DNA from: a virus
Lineage: Duplodnaviria > Caudoviricetes
Strand: one strand, 5' to 3'
DNA: 64,000 nucleotides
IMG/VR virus record: IMGVR_UViG_3300017912_002752
In this document: piece by piece, positions 57,442 to 64,000 of the stretch
Layout: every line of letters starts with the position of its first letter
How positions within the stretch are numbered: position 1 is the first letter of the stretch
The notes under the pieces: generated by a model
Told to the model about the DNA's origin: nothing
What the model saw: the letters and a program-made list of their open reading frames with translations, nothing else
The model's database searches: none
Made by a program: the position numbers and the translations under genes

Positions 57442-57660
57442 TTATCTGTACATTATTACTACCGACCCAAACTTATCATCAAATACTTTTATTAAGTTTT
57501 CGTAATCACCACTCATCATTTCATCCAATATTGGTTTAGATGGGATACCTACTTGTTTACAAAGGTTTTTAGCCATCGCTAAAATGTAATAAGCATTACC
57601 TTGAGGACCTGTCAAGTCTATTTCAATTTTTCCGTTACTTTTTGGTTTTGATTTTATCAT
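57442..57660 (-). CDS. conserved small phage protein
   Basis: IDLTGPQGNAY...MMSGDYENLIKVF; start 57660 lies below the promoter. Confidence 0.7.
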   Translation of the reverse strand: MIKSKPKSNGKIEIDLTGPQGNAYYILAMAKNLCKQVGIPSKPILDEMMSGDYENLIKVFDDKFGSVVIMYR

Positions 57661-57679
57661 ATCTCTTAATCTTACACTA

Positions 57680-57735
57680 CTAAAGTACGACAATTTATCG
57701 AGATATCCAAATTTCTAATGTTAAATAATTGTTAA
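57680..57735 (-). promoter_or_regulatory. promoter with TTAACA direct repeat
   Basis: TTAACA-N5-TTAACA-N7-TTTG-N20-TACTTTAG. Confidence 0.8.
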
Positions 57736-58310
57736 ATTTTTGCTAACTCTGTAAGATTTGTAAGATATCGTTCCAATCCTAAGAATGTGTTTTGATATAG
57801 TTGGATTGTTCTTCTATTTGTGTCTATTATTCCACTTTCTTCTGAGGTGTCGTTTAGTGGACCTGATATTTTCCATTTTAACTCAAGTTTTTGATAGTAT
57901 GGCGTTTCTAATTCACCAAAACCTTCTTCACTAAGTTCAAATATAGTAGTTGACCCTTTTCTTTTTGCAAAATATCTTTTTACAAAAGAATTGTCATAGT
58001 CTTCTTGGGTTGGTTGTGGAACATATGGGTCAGGAATGTCAAGTATTTCTGTGTAATCCTCTACAACTTCTTTCAAGGTATTATATTGAATCGTATTAAG
58101 TTCAAACTGATTGTTTAAATTATAATATCTTATTAGTTTTTTAGATACATCTTTTATATAGTAGGATTCTGTAAATACCTCTTTTGTGTTCAGATATCTG
58201 TGATATTGACCAATATACTCTGTTCCATCTTCAAACATCCACTCAGCACCACTTGTGTATAGACCTTTTTGGATAGAACCTTCTGGATAATATATTCTTT
58301 TTCTTCCCAT
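57732..58310 (-). CDS. putative baseplate/tail-associated protein
   Basis: YIGQYH, PTQEDY...RYF, LKWKISG; last gene of tail block. Confidence 0.55.
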   Translation of the reverse strand: MGRKRIYYPEGSIQKGLYTSGAEWMFEDGTEYIGQYHRYLNTKEVFTESYYIKDVSKKLIRYYNLNNQFELNTIQYNTLKEVVEDYTEILDIPDPYVPQPTQEDYDNSFVKRYFAKRKGSTTIFELSEEGFGELETPYYQKLELKWKISGPLNDTSEESGIIDTNRRTIQLYQNTFLGLERYLTNLTELAKI

Positions 58311-60046
58311 TACGCATCAATCATCATTAAGCCACTAATTTTAGTAGTCCAATCACCTGCACTAAATTCTTGACCAATTTTTGTTACTATAAAATATGCT
58401 TTATCTCTTATTCTCGCAGGTAATCTATCAACAGTAAAACTTTGACCATATCTTGGTCCAACATAACCATCACAAGTTAGTTCACATTCTAATCCATAAC
58501 TAATAGATGGTACAAACTTTTTATTTTGTCCTTTTACAAAAGCTTTTAGTGCCTGTTTCATATTTGTTATATCATCATTTGATATATTATCACCAAGCGC
58601 TTCTGCCGCTTCTTCGAGTGCACCTTCTAAATCTTCACCTTCACCAGCTGGTTTAGTTTCATAACAACCAGTAAATACCACATTTAATTGTTCACCACCT
58701 TCACCATCCATAGCCGCCGCAGTTGCCATACCAATTAATTCAGAATCAAGATTTGAAGTTAAACTTATATCTCTAATACCATTTTGATATCCTTTAGCAA
58801 CACTAATCATAGTAGGGGATGATTTTTTACTTGCAGTAGGTTTATTTAATACTAAAAACTTACCATCAAAACATTCGTCTGGGTCATTGTATAAACAAAG
58901 TTGAATTGCACCGCCTGATAATTCTTTAACTTTATCAAAAACTTTTTTCAGAAATTTACTTGTTGATACTCTACGACCTGCATCTTCTTTTCCTGGCGGA
59001 GTTTTTAAATCAGTATATGTTTTTTGTAACCATCCTATATGAACCCATATTTTTCCTAACCCATTATAATCCTTATCGTTCATAGAATGATATTTTGCGT
59101 TATCACCATATTGTGCAGCACCTCTCGTATGAGTGAAAATCATTTCTATTGGATTTGCTGATTTTATTTTAGAATCCAAAGGTGGCATTTTTAACTCACT
59201 CATTACAAATTTTTCTTTTGGTGTTCCTTTAATACCTTGACTATTTTGATTTATGTAAGTTATTAATTGCCCAATAGTAACATATGGTTGAACATTATCA
59301 TTTGAAGTAAAGTAACTGAAAAATCCTTCTCGTTCCATTTGATGATTTACTAATCCGATTTTTATTCCTTTTTTTGTAAAATAATCAGCTCTACCATCGT
59401 CAGGTTTATCGTCAATTTCAGCTGCTGCGGCTATAAAATTTGCAAATATGTCAGTAGCCGTTACTCGTTTTTCACTTTCTTCGTCTTCATAGTCTAATGC
59501 GGTTTTATCTCTTAGTGTAGTATAATCTGCGTTTGCTAATCCATCACCAGCACCGGCAATACTTAAAGTTACATCATAACTTAAGTCCTGATTGATAGTG
59601 AAACTAAAACCTGTTATTTCACCTTTGATTACTTTTTTCTTTCCACCAACCCAACCTAAAGTTAAATCAACTTTTTGACGAGGTGTCATAAAAGTCACAT
59701 CGATATCATCAAAGTCATCTTTTCTAAATACTTTAACAGAAACATCTGCCTGAAATAACATGGCATCTTCAATATTTTGTCCACCATCATTACTTAATGA
59801 TACACTTTCCAAACTAGGTGGTGGTGCTAATCTACCACTATCAGATTTTAATAACTCAGAGTGTTTTTGTGTAATTGCAGATTCAATCTTTGTTATACCA
59901 CCCGCACATCCTACAAGGGATGCATCACTTGAAAGTTCTAAACTTGCATATGCTCTTTTGTGGACACCTACACCTGTTGCAATTCCTGAAGATTCCATAA
60001 AGCTTACTGGTGGTGGTAGTGGGCTATTTCCTAATTCAAATGCCAT
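58310..60046 (-). CDS. putative baseplate hub (gp27/GpD-like)
   Basis: LGW, GEITGFSFT, C-terminal FIVTKIGQEFSAGDWTTKI; follows LysM gene. Confidence 0.55.
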   Translation of the reverse strand: MAFELGNSPLPPPVSFMESSGIATGVGVHKRAYASLELSSDASLVGCAGGITKIESAITQKHSELLKSDSGRLAPPPSLESVSLSNDGGQNIEDAMLFQADVSVKVFRKDDFDDIDVTFMTPRQKVDLTLGWVGGKKKVIKGEITGFSFTINQDLSYDVTLSIAGAGDGLANADYTTLRDKTALDYEDEESEKRVTATDIFANFIAAAAEIDDKPDDGRADYFTKKGIKIGLVNHQMEREGFFSYFTSNDNVQPYVTIGQLITYINQNSQGIKGTPKEKFVMSELKMPPLDSKIKSANPIEMIFTHTRGAAQYGDNAKYHSMNDKDYNGLGKIWVHIGWLQKTYTDLKTPPGKEDAGRRVSTSKFLKKVFDKVKELSGGAIQLCLYNDPDECFDGKFLVLNKPTASKKSSPTMISVAKGYQNGIRDISLTSNLDSELIGMATAAAMDGEGGEQLNVVFTGCYETKPAGEGEDLEGALEEAAEALGDNISNDDITNMKQALKAFVKGQNKKFVPSISYGLECELTCDGYVGPRYGQSFTVDRLPARIRDKAYFIVTKIGQEFSAGDWTTKISGLMMIDA

Positions 60047-60050
60047 AACT

Positions 60051-60356
60051 TTATTCCTCTATATCATTTAACTCATTGTATTCCGATATTATTTTATCTA
60101 CATTTTCAGGTATTCTTAATTGGATTCCTACTTCAGGAAATAAATTACCTTTACCAATATTGTTAGCTCTTGCGATAATCCACCACAAAGTTGGGTCTCT
60201 ATAATATTCCCATGCTAAATTATCTAATCTATCACCTTGTTGAGTTATAATATATGTATCAGTTATATCTGCATTGATGATTGGGTATACAACAGTAGAG
60301 GTATATTTTCTAATACCTTCTTTTTTTAATATTTCTATGCTTTCGTATCTATTCAT
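60051..60356 (-). CDS. LysM-domain baseplate protein (gp53/P2 X-like)
   Basis: GDRLDNLAWEYYRDPTLWWIIARAN...QLRIP. Confidence 0.85.
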   Translation of the reverse strand: MNRYESIEILKKEGIRKYTSTVVYPIINADITDTYIITQQGDRLDNLAWEYYRDPTLWWIIARANNIGKGNLFPEVGIQLRIPENVDKIISEYNELNDIEE

Positions 60357-60358
60357 AA

Positions 60359-63238
60359 TTAAACTCTAAAATTTCCATCAAAAACAAATACATCTTGACT
60401 ATCATATTCATGTAGTGCGTTTCCAAGTATAGTACACCCAACTTGAATATCTATTCCCATAGGTAATCCAAAATCTATATCCCACGATGTATCATCTGAG
60501 TATGAATAAGATAGTGATGTAAGTAACATAGGGGTTTCTACATACAATTTACCAATTGTTAGTAACAACTCACTTTCACCAGGTCCATTACCAGGTGCAC
60601 TATATCCACCATCACTATATCTTGGCATTGTATATGTTGATAATCTTTCTAACTTAGTGTATATTGGTTGCATCTCAACTCTCGAAGTTGGATATATTTT
60701 AAAATTAAAACTGATATCTCTTTTAAATGAATCATATACATAAACAGGTTCTGCTCTACCACTATACTTTATTTCACTATAACTCGGTGAGAAGTTTTCT
60801 GATAAACCTGATATTGTTCCTCTAAATTGTAGTCTACTATTGTCTGTACCTAATTTAAAAATTAATGGAACTAAATCATCACCAACTTCACCAATCTTAA
60901 GTGCGTTAATCTTATCATAATGACTTGTAAAGTCTTTTAATTTACTAAAGTCAACCCCAAACTGGTCTTTTCTAACTTGACTATTACCATCCAACATTTT
61001 ACCTGGATTACCAAATCCAAATTTTTTCTCTATGTTTTCTTGGTCGTATTCTTTAGCATTAAGTTTACCACGAGTACCATCAGGTAATTCATTTCTAAAG
61101 TCTTTAGTTGTTCCATTATCTCTTCTGTTTTTAGCCAATCCTTGAAGTTTACCATAGGTCATCATATTGTAATCTGCAATATCATTGTTAAAACCTGCTG
61201 CAGTACCTTCTTTAGATAATTTTGTTGGAGTTAGATTATCTACATCATCTCTTAGTTTTTCAAAGTCTGAGGATTCACCAATATTAGTTACACCAAAATT
61301 AGATAAACTTTCACCAGTTCCAAAGTCTTCTGCTTTAGCATCTACAAAAGCTTTTCCGTAAGTCTCTTCAAACTTTTTGTCTTCTGTGGTAAGCTTACCT
61401 TTAACCATAAATGGATTATATGGTTGAATCGCCTCCATATCTCGTTTTGCTTGGTTTACATTTTGAATAGTTGTTTGTAATGCAAAACCAAGTGAAATTG
61501 CTCCAGTTAATCCAAGTGGAGTTACAAAACTTCCCTTCGTAAGATTTAAAAATCCAAATGTGTTAACAAATCTTGATGTATTAGTTAATCCGATTCCATA
61601 TAAAGAATCTATACCACCTTTATTATCTATTTGACTTGCGAATGGTGTTCCACCTGCCACTCGACTTTGCATAATAAGGTCACCATAGATATCAGATATT
61701 TTTGACTTATATTCAGTTGGACTTAGTACTTTTTGATATTTTCCATCTACATCTAATCCAAGTATACCACTTCTATCAGGTTTAAGTCCTATATGTTGTC
61801 CACCTATTGCAGCTAAGAAATTAGCAGGTGTCCATGTTTTATTGTATTTGTTAGTTCTCTGTAATCCTATTTGTGTTGCGGACCATAGTAAACCTTTTAC
61901 TGATAAGAAGAATGAACCTACTCTAAGAACATCTATTAATGCTCTTTCAGTTGATGCAACTACACCACCACGGATTAAACCATCATCAATAGGGAATCCA
62001 AGACCCCAACTTTGAGGTTCACCTTTTTTCTTTCTTTGTATACCTCTTAAGATGTATGGTTGAGGTATCAAACTAAATTTATTTGCTGCTGGGTCTTTAA
62101 GATTAAATTTAGAATACATTTCATCCAAGAATGATGGTGATTGTCTCTGTTGTAGTAAATCACCTATACTTGTAAATGAATCTATATACCTATCACCATC
62201 TGGTGAATATCTTTGAGTATCTCCTGTTGGTTGTCCAACTTTATATTGACCATATCCTGCGTGGAATGATATTCCTCTACTTGAACCACCAAAATTACTT
62301 AATAACGAAGATGCGTTATCAAACTGAGTACCACTTATACCTGTAAATTTAGTATCATCTTTAGTTTTCATGAATGGTGAGAATCCCTCTGCCTTATCAT
62401 TTGTAAAGAAATCTACTTTTTGAGGTACTTCTAATCCTTGACTTTCTAATTTTCCATTAAATGTAAAATCACTTGGTGTTGTCTCACCTTTAAACCTATC
62501 ACCTTGTGTTATATTTTGTCTATCAGTTTCACCTAAGAATTGTTCTGATAAATTCATTTCATTAGGAGTTGTTTCACCTAAGAACTTAGAAGACCTATCT
62601 GATAAGTTAGGAGTCGTTTCACCTAAAAATTTAGAACTTCTATCTGATAAGTTAGGAGTTGTTTCACCTAAAAATTTAGAACTTCTATCTGATAAGTTAG
62701 GAGTTGTTTCACCTAAGAACTTAGAAGACCTGTCTGATTCTTTTTGAGTTGTCTCACCTAAGAATTGTTCTGAGTTGTTTGCACTCTTTGGTGTTGTTTC
62801 ACCTAAGAATTGTTGAGTAAACTTAAATTCATTTGGAGTTGTTTCACCTAAGAATTGTTGACTAAATTTAAAGTCACTTGGAGTTGTCTCACCTTTGAAC
62901 TTTTCTGATAAATTTACTAATGCGGGTGTTGTCTCACCTTTAAACTTGTCACCTTGAGTTACTTGAGTAGGTTCGGTCTCACCTTTGAACTTATCACCTT
63001 GAGTTACTTGGGTAGTTTCTGTTTGTCCTTTGAACTTATCACCTTGAGTTACTTTATTTGGATTTGTACCAACTTTTTCAGGTGTTTGTTTTGATGATTG
63101 TATTTTTTTATCTTGAACTTTATCAGATAGAGGCATTGTATTAAATGAAGTAGGTTCTGGTCGTTCCTTCTTACTTAATAATTCTTTTTTTGGCTTTCTA
63201 TAATCACCAAGATTTGATTTTAAATCTTTTAATGACAT
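60359..63238 (-). CDS. tail/baseplate protein with N-terminal repeats and C-terminal tube-initiator-like domain
   Basis: C-term LQFRGTISGLSE...YSGRAEPVYVY...RDISFNF; lies between tape measure and LysM genes. Confidence 0.65.
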   Translation of the reverse strand: MSLKDLKSNLGDYRKPKKELLSKKERPEPTSFNTMPLSDKVQDKKIQSSKQTPEKVGTNPNKVTQGDKFKGQTETTQVTQGDKFKGETEPTQVTQGDKFKGETTPALVNLSEKFKGETTPSDFKFSQQFLGETTPNEFKFTQQFLGETTPKSANNSEQFLGETTQKESDRSSKFLGETTPNLSDRSSKFLGETTPNLSDRSSKFLGETTPNLSDRSSKFLGETTPNEMNLSEQFLGETDRQNITQGDRFKGETTPSDFTFNGKLESQGLEVPQKVDFFTNDKAEGFSPFMKTKDDTKFTGISGTQFDNASSLLSNFGGSSRGISFHAGYGQYKVGQPTGDTQRYSPDGDRYIDSFTSIGDLLQQRQSPSFLDEMYSKFNLKDPAANKFSLIPQPYILRGIQRKKKGEPQSWGLGFPIDDGLIRGGVVASTERALIDVLRVGSFFLSVKGLLWSATQIGLQRTNKYNKTWTPANFLAAIGGQHIGLKPDRSGILGLDVDGKYQKVLSPTEYKSKISDIYGDLIMQSRVAGGTPFASQIDNKGGIDSLYGIGLTNTSRFVNTFGFLNLTKGSFVTPLGLTGAISLGFALQTTIQNVNQAKRDMEAIQPYNPFMVKGKLTTEDKKFEETYGKAFVDAKAEDFGTGESLSNFGVTNIGESSDFEKLRDDVDNLTPTKLSKEGTAAGFNNDIADYNMMTYGKLQGLAKNRRDNGTTKDFRNELPDGTRGKLNAKEYDQENIEKKFGFGNPGKMLDGNSQVRKDQFGVDFSKLKDFTSHYDKINALKIGEVGDDLVPLIFKLGTDNSRLQFRGTISGLSENFSPSYSEIKYSGRAEPVYVYDSFKRDISFNFKIYPTSRVEMQPIYTKLERLSTYTMPRYSDGGYSAPGNGPGESELLLTIGKLYVETPMLLTSLSYSYSDDTSWDIDFGLPMGIDIQVGCTILGNALHEYDSQDVFVFDGNFRV
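62470..63055 (-). repeat. 13 x 45-bp (15-aa) coding tandem repeat
   Basis: Units built on F[KL]G[EQ]T(T)P, including three identical NLSDRSSKFLGETTP copies. Confidence 0.9.
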
Positions 63239-64000
63239 TATTCTCCTCTACTCTGTCTTGTTCTTTGTGCTCTTGATATTTCACTAATAACTCTGTTGTC
63301 AAATACTATTTGTATTGGTTGTGATTGCATATCTTGTCGTAATCCTCTAATCTCTTCCAATAATGGGTCACCTTCACCACCACCTGCGGCTTCTGCACCT
63401 GCCTCTTCACCACCCATACCGAGTGCACTTGTAATAAGAGGTAACATAAGTCCTAATACTACTAATGTACCAATGAAAGGTGTAATTAGTGCCAATCCAA
63501 GTGCGAATGGTATCATTGATAATCCTAACATAGTAAATGCACCTGCCAATGCTATTAATCCTGGTGCAATTAATACTAATTGACTTAGTCCTAATGACAT
63601 CGCTTCAATTGCAGGAACTGCCGCCTGTAAAACTAATGATGCTATTCCAAACGCTAAAATACCAGGCGTTGCGAGTAGTAACCCTACACCCAATGCCATC
63701 ATTCCCATTCCAAGTAATCCTAATATCATGGTTAATGGTAGTAACGCTGGAGCAATCATAATCAGACCCATTAAGGATTCTGTCATATTACCCATCATTT
63801 CAAATCCTGTTGCCATTTCTTGTATGGCGATTCCGAGAACTAATACTGCCGCGGCTATTAATATCATTGCCCCTGCAGCTATTAGAATAAGTGCGTATTG
63901 AGGTCCACCTATCAACAATCCAAGAAGGGCAACTGCCCCAACTAAGGCTAACATTGATACTATTGCCATTCCAATGGATTCCCAACTAACTTCCATAAAT
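63238..64000 (-). CDS. tail tape measure protein, C-terminal part (5' truncated)
   Basis: Long Ala/Gly/Leu-rich hydrophobic helices, ends LLEEIRGLR...IQIVFDNR; frame open to window edge. Confidence 0.7.
   Translation of the reverse strand, partial: FMEVSWESIGMAIVSMLALVGAVALLGLLIGGPQYALILIAAGAMILIAAAVLVLGIAIQEMATGFEMMGNMTESLMGLIMIAPALLPLTMILGLLGMGMMALGVGLLLATPGILAFGIASLVLQAAVPAIEAMSLGLSQLVLIAPGLIALAGAFTMLGLSMIPFALGLALITPFIGTLVVLGLMLPLITSALGMGGEEAGAEAAGGGEGDPLLEEIRGLRQDMQSQPIQIVFDNRVISEISRAQRTRQSRGE

Noticed and set aside
62470-63055. CRISPR array or DGR repeat
   Set aside because: In-frame 45-bp coding repeats with synonymous variation; no unique spacers and no reverse transcriptase
591-63761. 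Plus-strand ORFs in the track
   Set aside because: They are antisense shadows of well-supported minus-strand genes and have no recognisable motifs
1-64000. Stop-codon reassignment (code 15 or 4)
   Set aside because: Core genes are full length in code 11, and TAG and TGA occur at natural gene ends and ATGA overlaps
1-64000. tRNA or rRNA genes
   Set aside because: No intergenic segment with a cloverleaf or T-loop signature was seen by eye; tRNAscan-SE would confirm

Overview
This is a 64-kb, AT-rich segment of a large T4-like/jumbo myovirus genome. Every credible gene lies on the minus strand and uses the standard code. The host is very probably Bacteroidota (likely Flavobacteriia): about 13 promoters fit TTTG-N20-TAnnTTAG/TTTA, and starts are A-rich without Shine-Dalgarno motifs. 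In transcription order (high to low coordinates) the window holds six blocks. (1) Tape-measure C-terminus and baseplate/tail genes, one with 13 x 15-aa repeats. (2) A compact PolA-like gene and a 634-aa protein with a Cas9-type HNH motif. (3) A T4-like replication block (SSB, RecA, 5'-3' exonuclease, helicase, NrdB/NrdA/Trx, PolB, clamp, clamp loader). It is interleaved with a candidate DNA-modification set (HTH + two tandem Mom-like proteins, a DUF4338/DruA-like protein, DUF1599) and an oxygenase-glf-GT2 trio. (4) A ~16-kb glycan cluster with an aldolase-KdsB fusion and two sialyltransferase-fold enzymes. (5) A lysis/envelope cassette with a probable outer-membrane beta-barrel, next to candidate head-packaged proteins. 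(6) An accessory region with oxygenases, a sulfotransferase, ClpS, GroES, LPD29 and a candidate RNA pseudoknot. No tRNA, rRNA, CRISPR array, intron or intein was seen. All family calls come from motif recognition by eye, not database searches.
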